The notes beneath the pieces are model-generated. The model worked only from the letters and a program-made list of their open reading frames with translations, searched no databases and was not told the DNA's origin. From an uncultured bacterium (GTDB taxonomy: Bacteria; Chloroflexota; UBA5177; JANWHV01): a DNA stretch of 64,000 nt. Of the stretch, positions 1 through 9,450 are shown in pieces. Both the position numbers and the translations under genes were made by a program. The stretch is from NCBI GenBank assembly GCA_963827235.1, contig CAWHAE010000012.1, positions 480,001 to 544,000 on the forward strand, given 5' to 3'. Position 1 is the first letter of the stretch. Every line of letters begins with the position of its first letter.

Positions 1-1016
1 ATCTGCTGGCTGGCCTGGCCGATCTGCTGCGTGGCCTGTGCCAGCTGATTGGAGCCGCTATGCACCTGCTCGGAGGACTGGGCCACCTGCCCGATCAGAT
101 CGGCCAGCTCGGCGCGGGCCTGCTCGTAGGCGCCGACGGTCCCTCGGATCTTCTCAACGATGCTGCGGACCGCAGACGCGGTTCTCCCGATCTCATCCTT
201 GCTGTGGTACGTCGGCGGCTCGACGATGGCACTGACCGGCACGGTCAGATTGCCCTGGGCAAATGCCGCTACACCGTCGGACAGACTGACAATGTCTCTT
301 GCGGCCAGGTCGGTTGCGGCGCGCTCCACGTCCTTCAGCGGCCGTGAAATCGAGCGGGCAGTGAAGATGCCAAGCCCGATAGCCAGCAGGAGCGCGCACG
401 CCATGACGGTCCACATCTCGGTCGTCGCGTTGTTGATTGTTGTCGACGTGTCAGTTGATCTGTTCTGCACTTCCGACTGCAGCGACTGGACGAGCCAGCT
501 CATGTTCGTGAACAGGGACTCGGCCAGGGTGTTTTCCTGCCCTACGGAGAGTGCATCAGACTGCGCATTGGCACTGGCACTGGAGGATGCCCCGAGCGTG
601 ATCGCTCGCTGGTCGAGTGCCATCCATTGCTGGAGCCATGCTTGCGACTGCATCGCCCGGTGATACTCTTCGGACGTGTTATCGCCAATGCCGCTAGAGT
701 AGACCTTGAACTGCGCTGCGGCATCTTGACGAGCTGCCTGCGCCGCCGCTTCGAACTGGGCGACCTGGGCCGCGCTGTGCGCCTGGCCCACCGCCCGGGA
801 GTCCATCATGGCCTGCTGGATGTCGCTGCGGATCGTCAGCGCCTGCACGAGACTGGGCACCGAGTCGCCGCTCACGGCATCGAAGCTCCCGCGGAGTGTG
901 CCCAGGTTACTGATGCCGATGCCGCCGACCAGTACGGCCAGCAGCGCGACCAGAACGAAGCTGCCGATGAGTTTTGGACTGATACGAAGGTTCCTAAACC
1001 ACTGCATGATTCTCAT
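1..1016 (-). CDS. Methyl-accepting chemotaxis protein, N-terminal part (runs off window start)
   Basis: Manual translation from ATG 1016: [34 protein letters not shown] (TM1), four-helix sensor domain, TM2, HAMP (SKDEIGRTA), then QVAQSSEQVHSGSNQLAQATQQIGQASQQ. Clear paralog of 51192..53273. Absent from the ORF track because it has no stop in the window. Confidence 0.9.
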   Translation of the reverse strand, partial: MRIMQWFRNLRISPKLIGSFVLVALLAVLVGGIGISNLGTLRGSFDAVSGDSVPSLVQALTIRSDIQQAMMDSRAVGQAHSAAQVAQFEAAAQAARQDAAAQFKVYSSGIGDNTSEEYHRAMQSQAWLQQWMALDQRAITLGASSSASANAQSDALSVGQENTLAESLFTNMSWLVQSLQSEVQNRSTDTSTTINNATTEMWTVMACALLLAIGLGIFTARSISRPLKDVERAATDLAARDIVSLSDGVAAFAQGNLTVPVSAIVEPPTYHSKDEIGRTASAVRSIVEKIRGTVGAYEQARAELADLIGQVAQSSEQVHSGSNQLAQATQQIGQASQQ

Positions 1017-1052
1017 ACTTTCCGGGTCCTCAGGCTCAACTTGACGGGCAGA

Positions 1053-1076
1053 TATAAGCCAGCACACTAGCACATA
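1053..1076 (-). promoter_or_regulatory. Conserved 24-nt 5'-UTR hairpin, copy 1
   Basis: UAUGUGCUAG-UGUG-CUGGCUUAUA; 22/24 identical to 53374..53397. Confidence 0.65.
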
Positions 1077-1086
1077 CCACTGCTAT

Positions 1087-1113
1087 CTGTCGGCAGAATT
1101 GCCGGCAACTTGA
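1087..1113 (-). promoter_or_regulatory. sigma28 (FliA/SigD)-type promoter of the MCP gene
   Basis: Minus strand TCAA-N15-GCCGACAG versus consensus TAAA-N15-GCCGATAA; same position as the perfect match upstream of the second MCP. Confidence 0.7.
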
Positions 1114-1230
1114 GGGCGACATGCCGCGATACTCAATGCTTCCTGCCGGCTTGTTGCCGAAGTCAGGCTCTGGCACGTATGGTAGGGCGCTATGAGGCCG
1201 CCACGACGGCAAGCGTCCCTCAAATGCGAA

Positions 1231-1533
1231 TCACAACGAGTGGTTGGCGAGTACGGCTGTGGTTGTGCGGCACCTGCCGTAGCAGCGACGTCCATGCGGA
1301 CTTGGGGCAACTGCCACCTGCTGGCGCCGACCTAGCGGTGCTGGAACGGCCGGCCTTGGATTCCCGGCCAGTTGCCTGAAGTCAGGCGGCGGCTGCCAGA
1401 TCAGCAGAGGACCGGTCGGTACGCTGACGGATCGGGTCGGCCGACGTGGGGCGCAGCCAGCGCGTAAGCGGTCATAGCGCTTGTGGAGCACGTCGGCGTA
1501 GGTAGGCGGTGCCAATGAGGATGTGAACGTCAT
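1231..1533 (-). CDS. Small hypothetical Pro/Arg-rich protein
   Basis: AGGAG upstream of ATG 1533; no recognisable motif. Confidence 0.3.
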   Translation of the reverse strand: MTFTSSLAPPTYADVLHKRYDRLRAGCAPRRPTRSVSVPTGPLLIWQPPPDFRQLAGNPRPAVPAPLGRRQQVAVAPSPHGRRCYGRCRTTTAVLANHSL

Positions 1534-1581
1534 TCGAGAACGCTCCTGATGTCCGTAGTTCGCGGTAGACATCTGAGGCAC

Positions 1582-3687
1582 CTACCGCTGCACCCGAACA
1601 TTGTGGAACTGTGGTAGACGCAGGCAGAACGTGCTTCCCCTGGGGCCTGTGGCATCCAGGTCCAGCTCGCCACCCATCGCTCGGGCTAGCTGTCTCCCGA
1701 CATAGAGCCCGAGACCGGTACCTACGCGCCCCGCCCTAATCGGGCTCCCAGGAATGCGGCCGAAGCGGGTAAACAGGTGGCTACGGCTCTCTTCGGGGAT
1801 GCCGGGCCCCGCATCGCGCACGCGTATCAGCACGTCGCGGTGGTCCAGGCTCCACGTGATCGCGATTGGGCTTCCTTCTGGGGAATACTTCGCCGCATTG
1901 TCGACCATATTCGCGAGTATCTGTGTCACCCGATCAGGATGTCCGAGCACGTGGAGACCGGCCGGTCCGTCGGTATCAATCCGCTGGCCCGGATACGTGC
2001 CCTGCGCTTCACCCGCGACCCGCTGCACGACCGTCTGAACATCCACAGACTCCAGTTGCTCGGCGGGGAGAATGTCATCCAGGCGCGTGAGCAGCAGCAG
2101 GTCCTCCACCAGGCGCTTCTGCCGGTTTGCGGCGGTCACCATCTTGCCCAGGCGGCTCCGCCGCTCCGGCTCGGTGAGCCGCTCCCAGTGCGCCTCCAGT
2201 ATCTCTCCATAGCCGATGATCGAGGTAAGCGGGGTCCGCAGTTCGTGGCTGACCGACGCCACGAAATCGTTGCGCATCTGGCCCAGTTCAAGGGCCGCCT
2301 GGCGTACTCGCTGTGCCTCATGCTGCGCCCGCACAGTTTCGGTCGCATTCACGGCGATGCCACTGCCGCCCAGGACCTCACCGTCGCTCGACACCTCAGC
2401 CGTCCACCACACGTCAAAAATGTTCGCAGTGGTGTCGAGCCTGGCCGAGAACGACTCGCCGGCGACAACACGTTGCCAAAGCTGTGCGATTTGCGGTAAT
2501 CCTGCGATCCGGTCCCCAAGGTGCTGCCCAACCGACGGGGTCCGGGCTGATCCCTCGCCCAACCCTCCGTCACCCTCGGATAGAGTGACGATCCCCTTCT
2601 CGTCGATGGCGAGTAGGAGCATCGGCGCGTGCGAGATTACCGCGCGCAGGTGACCTTCCGTGGCACGCAGCGCTGCTTCGGCTTGTTTGCGCGTGGTGAT
2701 GTCGCGGCCGGTCACGACGAGACTCCTGACCAGCGGATCGCCCAGTCGATTGACGCCTGCGGCGGCTAGCCAGCGGAACGAGCCGTCTGCGTGCCGGGCC
2801 CGGCATTCCACCTCAACACGCTCCGGCCCGTTGTCGAGGCGGCGCGCAATGCCAGCGCGGACCGCCTCATGGTCGGCGGGATGGATGAACTCCAGCACGT
2901 TGCGACCCAGCACCTCGGCCTGTCGATAGCCCAGGATCGGTTCTACCATCGGGCTTGTGTACCGGATAGCCCCGCACGCATCGAGGAGCAGGACAACGTC
3001 CGCACTCTGCTGGCCCAGGGCTCGGCGGAGGTGCGTCCGCACGCTAACTCCGACTCGAAGCACCCCAATAGCCATCACCAGGACGACGATCACCCCGAGC
3101 AGCAGGCCACTGGCCGCGTCAGCCTGGGTCCCGGCCGAGTTGCTGGTCCGCGTGACATCCGCTTGCTCTATTCTGGCAAGTTGCGTCAGGTCCTCGGTCA
3201 GGGGAACTGCAACCAGCGTTTCTCCGACGGCCATCATGTTCTTGCCGGCGTCCAGGTTGTTCAGCAGTCGGTTGAGCGGATCGCTCAGGTCAGCTAGCGC
3301 TACGGCCGTTTGCAGCCTTTGGCTGATGCGGTCCGCGAGATCCTTCTCGGCCCGGGAGTAGCTCCCTGCCGCCTGAAATGCGCGGAAGCTCTGCTGCGCC
3401 GCCTGGCCAAAGGCACGCATCTTTGGGAACTCGACTTGTGCCCGCTGCTGAGGACTGATGTCGATGACGGACGCCAGCCCGTAGTAGTTCATCTGTGCGA
3501 TGTCACGTTCCGTCTCGAGAATGCTCGCCAGGACGGGCATGCGCGTGTTCGAAACGGTTGAGAGCGCGTTTCGTGCCGTGTGCAGGCCGGCGAGACCGGT
3601 GCCACCGATGGCAGCTGCCACTATCAGAGTCAGCAGCAACTCCCAGAGCAGCCTCGGCGAATGCACCACATATTGCAGGTACCGCAT
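1582..3687 (-). CDS. Membrane sensor histidine kinase (four-helix sensor, 2 PAS, HisKA, HATPase)
   Basis: SVSHELRTPL H-box, NMVDNAAKY N-box, DAGPGI, GTGLGL; PAS (FIHPADH, HADGSFRW); two TM segments. Start placed at MRYLQY after a GAGGGGG SD. Confidence 0.92.
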   Translation of the reverse strand: MRYLQYVVHSPRLLWELLLTLIVAAAIGGTGLAGLHTARNALSTVSNTRMPVLASILETERDIAQMNYYGLASVIDISPQQRAQVEFPKMRAFGQAAQQSFRAFQAAGSYSRAEKDLADRISQRLQTAVALADLSDPLNRLLNNLDAGKNMMAVGETLVAVPLTEDLTQLARIEQADVTRTSNSAGTQADAASGLLLGVIVVLVMAIGVLRVGVSVRTHLRRALGQQSADVVLLLDACGAIRYTSPMVEPILGYRQAEVLGRNVLEFIHPADHEAVRAGIARRLDNGPERVEVECRARHADGSFRWLAAAGVNRLGDPLVRSLVVTGRDITTRKQAEAALRATEGHLRAVISHAPMLLLAIDEKGIVTLSEGDGGLGEGSARTPSVGQHLGDRIAGLPQIAQLWQRVVAGESFSARLDTTANIFDVWWTAEVSSDGEVLGGSGIAVNATETVRAQHEAQRVRQAALELGQMRNDFVASVSHELRTPLTSIIGYGEILEAHWERLTEPERRSRLGKMVTAANRQKRLVEDLLLLTRLDDILPAEQLESVDVQTVVQRVAGEAQGTYPGQRIDTDGPAGLHVLGHPDRVTQILANMVDNAAKYSPEGSPIAITWSLDHRDVLIRVRDAGPGIPEESRSHLFTRFGRIPGSPIRAGRVGTGLGLYVGRQLARAMGGELDLDATGPRGSTFCLRLPQFHNVRVQR

Positions 3688-3977
3688 CAGCCCCCCCTCG
3701 AATCGGCTCGGGACGAGAGTCCCACGGCGATCCGCGCAAGTCGGCAGCGATTGGCAAAGCATTCGGCAGGCGGCTGTTCGCCGCGGGTTTCGTCCGTGTT
3801 CGTGCCCCTTTTTCGCCATTGTATTCAATTGTCGTCGCGCACCGGATCACCCGAATTTCTGGTGATGACGCTGCCAGCCACGACAATCACTTCATGGCGT
3901 CCTCGCCCCGGCGATCGTGGCTTCGAGATCTGTAGTCGCGTGGATGGGGTCGTTTCCACAATCCAGCGCAACGAAAG

Positions 3978-4940
3978 GTGACGACGACCGCGCAGGAGTG
4001 CCTCGCCAACCATACGCAGATCCTGTATCGGCCCGGGCATCCGCACGGATTTGTCATCGCTGTCAACTTGGCCGAGGTGGCCCTGTGCCGCGTGCTATGG
4101 GACCCAACGGAGGTCGCAGAGGTGCGTCTGCCGGGTTTCACGTTTCCATGTAGGCCGGGCAAAGTGGCCGTCAGCATCCGCATTGTGCAGGGCATGTTCA
4201 AGCTTGGACCTGTCCAGCTTTGCGCTCCAGATGGGCGCGTGATACCGGTAACGCTTCTTGGGTTCAGCTTCACACATCCCGCCGTCAGTCAGCCTGGCGC
4301 TCGGGAAGCCTGGATCGCATGGATGCGGGGCGCGCTCCCCGAGGTTACTCTCGATGGCGTAACCACTACCCCGTGCGGCGTGGCGCTGGATCCCGCGGAT
4401 AGCCTGTACATCGCCGAGGCCGGCAACAACCTGGTGCGGGAGGTCGTGCCCGGGCCCGGCGCCCTTCTCCTGGACAGCACGAGCGCTGTCACGACCCTGG
4501 CCGGAACCGGCACGGCCGGCGTGGCCGACGGTGTGGGATCCGCAGGACGGGCACAGATGGACCGGCGGTTCGGCGTGGCGACATCCTTCGTGTACCGCGG
4601 ATCGAATCTGCCGCCCGGCGGCAATATCTATATCCTGATAGTCCGGCACCCATACGTCGATGTGCGCGCCCACCACTGCAGACCCTGTGTCGGCTGCGAT
4701 GCACGTACCAACGCCAACCAAGTTGATCCGCCTGCCGGGTCGGCGCCCTGGGCGCTCCTCGGCGCGATTGTCGGCGCGTCGATGGGCCTCCTGGCCAGTG
4801 TGGCCCAGGTGATCATGGTGCAGAGCGGCCTGGTTTGCTGCGGCGTCTGCCTGTCGCCTCCTCCTCCTTGCACGGAGGTTGCGGTGTCCGGCCGGCTTGA
4901 CCCCGGCGTTCGACTCGGAATCATCGCCACAGCCAGTTGA
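3978..4940 (+). pseudogene. Mosaic or degenerate ORF containing an NHL-repeat fragment
   Basis: PCGVALDPADSLYIAEAGNNLVREV...VTTLAGTGTAGVADG is about 1.5 NHL repeats between unrelated-looking segments. Confidence 0.45.
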
Positions 4941-4998
4941 GCGGCCCACCGTGCAACGTGCTCCTACCCAACACAGCGGCCGTCGCTCGCACGTTGAC

Positions 4999-6051
4999 TC
5001 AAGCTAAGCAGGCGAATGCTGCGGTGCGCTCCGCCTTGCCCGTCTGCAGGAGATCCAGCGCTTCCTCACCGCTGCTGCCCCGATGCACGATACGGCTGAT
5101 CGCTCGCCCGACCAGTTGCGGATCGACGTTGCCGGGGTAGAGGACGTTGCGTCCCACCATCGCTCCCCGGACGTTGGGGCCGGCCGCCATACCGAGAGAG
5201 AACTCTTGCAGCATGGGCGCCGGGTTCTCCAGCGAGGCGCCGCCAAGCATCAGGATTGGCAGGGAAGTGGCTTGGGCGACCACCTCGAAGTGCTCACAGT
5301 AGGGTACCTTGAGCCAGGAACGCCGGGAGGAACCGCCCAGTGCGGAACAGACGCACACCAGCGGGGCCAGCGCCTCCGCCCGCTTCTGCACGCTGAACAC
5401 GCCATCCTGCTCACCAAAGGGGATGGGCTCGATGAAGGTCGGCACCCCGGCCTCGGTCAGGACGTTCACCGCGTCTGCCGTGGCAACCAGCGTCGGCAGC
5501 ATCTCGGGGTGGTCCAGCGACGAGCGCACGAGCATTTTCGCCCCGTCGAGCCGCATGGCGAGGATATGGCGCGGGGTGTAAGCCGTCACCGGGCTGTTCA
5601 ACTCCCATCGCGATCCGGTGAGCCCGCCCGGGTTGAGTGTCCCGGCCAGGACCTTGTGGTCGAGAAGCGCTGGCGCGCCCTGGCGGGCCAACAGCGCGTC
5701 GATGATCAACAGGTCCTCGATGATGTCCGGCGTGGCCAGCACCCCGTCGACTTCCGGGCTGACGAGGACCCGAAGGATGCGACCCAACAGCTCATGGCGA
5801 TTCGCCATGGCCACCGCATTCTGACCAACGCGGGCCTCGTGGTGGGCAGTATGGTCAGCTGCGATGATCACCAGCCGCCCGTCTTCGGTCAGCGTGGGAC
5901 GGCGCGCCCGAGCGTGAGCTGTCTCGACGATTGTTTCCGGCTCGTCCACCCGCACCTTGGTGATCCGCGCCATGATTGCACGCGGGAAGAACCCTTCCAG
6001 GTCAAAGCCAAGGGTGGCGCTGGGCAATCGCATCGGTGTCGTCATTGCCAT
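4999..6051 (-). CDS. Cgl0159-like (beta/alpha)8 class I aldolase
   Basis: LVIIAADH, VDGVLATPDIIEDL, DGAKML, WLKVPY, LPILMLGG, GAMVGRNVLYP. Confidence 0.8.
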   Translation of the reverse strand: MAMTTPMRLPSATLGFDLEGFFPRAIMARITKVRVDEPETIVETAHARARRPTLTEDGRLVIIAADHTAHHEARVGQNAVAMANRHELLGRILRVLVSPEVDGVLATPDIIEDLLIIDALLARQGAPALLDHKVLAGTLNPGGLTGSRWELNSPVTAYTPRHILAMRLDGAKMLVRSSLDHPEMLPTLVATADAVNVLTEAGVPTFIEPIPFGEQDGVFSVQKRAEALAPLVCVCSALGGSSRRSWLKVPYCEHFEVVAQATSLPILMLGGASLENPAPMLQEFSLGMAAGPNVRGAMVGRNVLYPGNVDPQLVGRAISRIVHRGSSGEEALDLLQTGKAERTAAFACLA

Positions 6052-6459
6052 AGCTCGCTTTTCCACGCACGCCGGTGATGCGTGCGCACTATCGTGGCCT
6101 GTACACCCGACCAGTCTCTCAGCTGTGCGCCGCATGTGTGCTCGTGCCTCGCCTTCCGAGCGGCGATTCCGTTGACACGCGCTGGCCGTGTTGCTCTACA
6201 TACTGTACCGCCTGCCGTCTGCTACCCGACATCAATGTAACCTTGCTGACCTTATACACAGCCTAGGTATCGCCGGACTTCGCTCTGCGCCTGCAATACT
6301 CGCGCCCATAGCGTGCTCTTCAATTCTCGCGGCTGCACGCCCTTGATATGGGTTCGGGAGCTGATCGGCCTCTGCTGTCCTGATGTATACAAATACGCTC
6401 GTCAGCAGGACTACCAGGTGGGCAAAGCGACGCACATGTGGGGATTCGCTGAGGGACTC

Positions 6460-6640
6460 GCGCCGATGACATGCCCGATCGTGGGGTGGGGCGGCACGGT
6501 CCCGGCCAGCGCGGTCGGCGGTGCCACCTGGAGCACGCGACTCTCCGGCACGAACAAGGATCTGTACGGCGCTACCTGCACGGGCGCGGGAGCGTGTGCG
6601 GCGGTCGGCAGCGGCGGCACTATCGTCACCAGCGCGCAGG
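6460..6640 (+). pseudogene. Fragment of a Cys-paired BNR/Ycf48-like repeat protein
   Basis: GGATWSTRLSGTNKDLYGATCTGAGACAAVGSGGTIVTS matches the repeat unit of the protein at 63222 (WRAQNSGTTADLIGIDCPRLTTCVAVGAAGTIDVT). Boundaries approximate. Confidence 0.55.
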
Positions 6641-6746
6641 GTAGCGGACGTATCATCTGCACCGGGGTTCATACACGACTATTGACCGGTGACAGCCATA
6701 CCGTCGCCCGGCGACAGAGCTGCGAGGCTGACAGGCAGGTCCGAGC

Positions 6747-7578
6747 GTGGATGAGTTGACGACGCAGGAAATGGCGCTCGGTGTGCTGGCCGTGCTCGGC
6801 GGCGTCTGCAACCGGGGCGTGATCTACCGAGGCGGCCGCGTCTTGGTGGTCGATGCCGGCATCGGTGCCGCGGAGGCCGCACCACTTCGCGCCTTGGCCG
6901 AGGTGCATGGGGCAAATGGGCACTTCCTGCTGCTGTGCAATACCCACGCCCACAGTGACCATGTTTACGGCAATCAGGTGTTTGCCGACCGCCCCATCAT
7001 CGCCCAGACCGAGGTCCGCGAGGACCTGATGGCCAGGGGCGAGGAGACGCTAGCCGTCTGGCGGGCACAACCCGCGCATGGCGGCACTGGTGGCCGACGT
7101 CGTCCTCACGCCTCCCACGGTCGTGTTCTCGGAGACGCTCACCCTCTTCTTTGACGACCTAGAGATCCAGGTCCGCCGTCTCGGCGCCGCACACAGCAGG
7201 AGTGACGGCGTGGTGTGGGTGCCTCAGGCGCGCACGCTGTTCACCGGGGATCTCCTCTTCAGCGCGATCGTGCCGGCCATGCCGCCGGGGTGCAACCTGG
7301 CAGCCTGGCTGCGGGCCCTGGACACGCTGATTGACCTGGACCCCGCGCATGTGATTGCCGGCCATGGACCGATCCAGTCCCCGGTGGCCCTGGCGGATCT
7401 GCGGGATTGGTTCCTCATCCTGCGCACCCGGGTGGGCGAGGCGCGCGCGCAGGGCTTGGACCGCGAGGCGGCGATCGCACGCGTCAGCACCAGCATGCAG
7501 CAGGCGGTATCGCGTGGGATCGCGGAACGGCTTCCGCAGGCCGTCGGGCAGGTATTCGACCAGGTGGACGGCGTCTAG
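6747..7578 (+). pseudogene. MBL-fold metallo-hydrolase split by a frameshift near 7070
   Basis: ORF 6747..7154 has LVVDAG and THAHSDH; ORF 7078..7578 has AHS, LFTGDL and IAGHG. One frameshift joins them. Confidence 0.8.
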
Positions 7579-7649
7579 GGCGGCAGCCGCGGCAGTGTGG
7601 GCGCGTACGGCCTCACCCATCCTCTGGCCCCGCCGACGCGCTCCAGGAG

Positions 7650-9446
7650 CTACGCCCGGTCGGACTCCTCGTCCATGTCGTGGATGTACCGCTTGCCCCG
7701 CATCAGCGAAGCTACGGCGGCGATGACCGACAACACCGCCGAGACGTAGAAGGCGGTGTGCAACCCGTCCATGAAGGCCGGGAGGATCAGGTGCGGGAAG
7801 AAGGTCTTGCCGAACAGCGTCGCCTGGGTCTGGAGGCCCAGGTGCGTCGCCACAGCCGGCGGCACCAGTGAGCGCATCGGGTTGTAGCCCAGCAGGGCGG
7901 CAAAGAGCACGCTGATCGGCGGCAGCCCTGCGATACGGTGCGCCACGCTCACCGGCAGGCCGTGCGCCATCAGCCCGGCCGCCATCACGCCCGGCAACGT
8001 GGAGGCCAGACCGGCGGTCAGGATGGTGAAGAAGAACGCCATGCTCACCATCATGCCGGCGTTCAAGAACGTGCCACGCATGCCCGAGGCCACGCCACGC
8101 ACGTCGGCCGGCACAGAGTTCATGATGCTGGTCGTGTTCGGCGCGGCAAACAGACCCTGGCCGACGCCCATGAGCAGCAGGATGGCAAAGAAGGCCAGAC
8201 GATTGAAGTCCCCAGGCAGCGCGTTGAGCAGCACGAAGCCAACCGCATTGAGGGCCATGCCGCCCGTGGCGAAGGCGCGGGCGCCGTAGCGGTCGGAGAG
8301 CCAGCCCGAGACCGGACCCAGGCCGATGAAGCCGAGCATCATGGGCATGGTGTAGATGCCCGCCCACAGCGGCGTGTCCTCGTAGTTGATGCCGTGCAAC
8401 GGCAGCCAGATGCCCTGCAGCCAGATGATCAGCATGAACTGCAGGCCGCCGCGCGCGAGCGCACTCAGGAAGCCACTCAGGTTGCCGGCGGCGAACATGC
8501 GAATCTTGAACAGCTCGAGGTGAAAGAGCGGATCGGGTACCCGCGCCTCGATCCAGAGAAAGGCGGCCAGCAGCACCGCCCCGGTCACCAGCGCCGCGAT
8601 CACCCACGGGTTCGTCCAACCCAGCGCACCGCCCCCATACGGCTCAATGCCGTAGGTCACGCCGACCAGCAGCAGCGTCAGCCCAACGAGGAAGGTGACG
8701 TTGCCGGGCAGGTCGAGCCGCTGGCCGCGGTGAATCGTGGCAATCTCGTGCAGGCGCAGATACGCCCACACCGTGCCGAAGAGACCGAAGGGCACGCTGA
8801 CCAGGAAGACGAGCCGCCAGTCCACCGTGGCCAGCCAGCCGCCGATCAGCAACCCGCCCAGCGAGCCGGAGATGCCGGCAATCTGGTTGAAGCCCATGGC
8901 CATGCCCCGCTCGTCTGGGGGAAACGCGTCGGTCAGCAGCGCCGCGCTGTTGGAGAACAGGAAGGCGCCCCCGATCCCCTGCACCACCCGAAAGACCAGC
9001 AGCTCGATGCCGGCCTGGGTGCCGGTGCCAGGCGTGAACACCAGCAGCAGCGAGCCCAGCGTGAAGACCGCGAAGCCGAGATTGTAGAGGCGCACCCGGC
9101 CGAACATGTCCGAGATGCGGCCGAAGGTCACCAGGAGCGTGGCCGTGACCAGCATGTAGCCCATCATGATCCAGAGCAGGAAGCCCGAGTTGCCCGGCGC
9201 CATCGGGTCGAGGGCAATGCCGCGGAAGATGGCGGGCAGCGAGATCATCATGATGCTGCCGTTGATGCTCGCCACGAGCGTCCCAACCGTGGTGTTGGAC
9301 AGCACGATCCACTTGTACCGATCAGGATGGCGCGCTGCGGCCGCCGTGGCACCCGCCTCCGCGATGGGGCCGCCGGTACTCGCGATCGGCGTTACAGCGG
9401 AAGAGGCCGTACCCTGTTCCTCGGGGGGCGCGAGGACGTGTGTCAC
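7650..9446 (-). CDS. MFS transporter, DHA2/EmrB-like
   Basis: GRISDMFGRVR and GWLSDRYGAR motif A; about 14 hydrophobic segments. Confidence 0.92.
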   Translation of the reverse strand: MTHVLAPPEEQGTASSAVTPIASTGGPIAEAGATAAAARHPDRYKWIVLSNTTVGTLVASINGSIMMISLPAIFRGIALDPMAPGNSGFLLWIMMGYMLVTATLLVTFGRISDMFGRVRLYNLGFAVFTLGSLLLVFTPGTGTQAGIELLVFRVVQGIGGAFLFSNSAALLTDAFPPDERGMAMGFNQIAGISGSLGGLLIGGWLATVDWRLVFLVSVPFGLFGTVWAYLRLHEIATIHRGQRLDLPGNVTFLVGLTLLLVGVTYGIEPYGGGALGWTNPWVIAALVTGAVLLAAFLWIEARVPDPLFHLELFKIRMFAAGNLSGFLSALARGGLQFMLIIWLQGIWLPLHGINYEDTPLWAGIYTMPMMLGFIGLGPVSGWLSDRYGARAFATGGMALNAVGFVLLNALPGDFNRLAFFAILLLMGVGQGLFAAPNTTSIMNSVPADVRGVASGMRGTFLNAGMMVSMAFFFTILTAGLASTLPGVMAAGLMAHGLPVSVAHRIAGLPPISVLFAALLGYNPMRSLVPPAVATHLGLQTQATLFGKTFFPHLILPAFMDGLHTAFYVSAVLSVIAAVASLMRGKRYIHDMDEESDRA

Positions 9447-9450
9447 CAGG

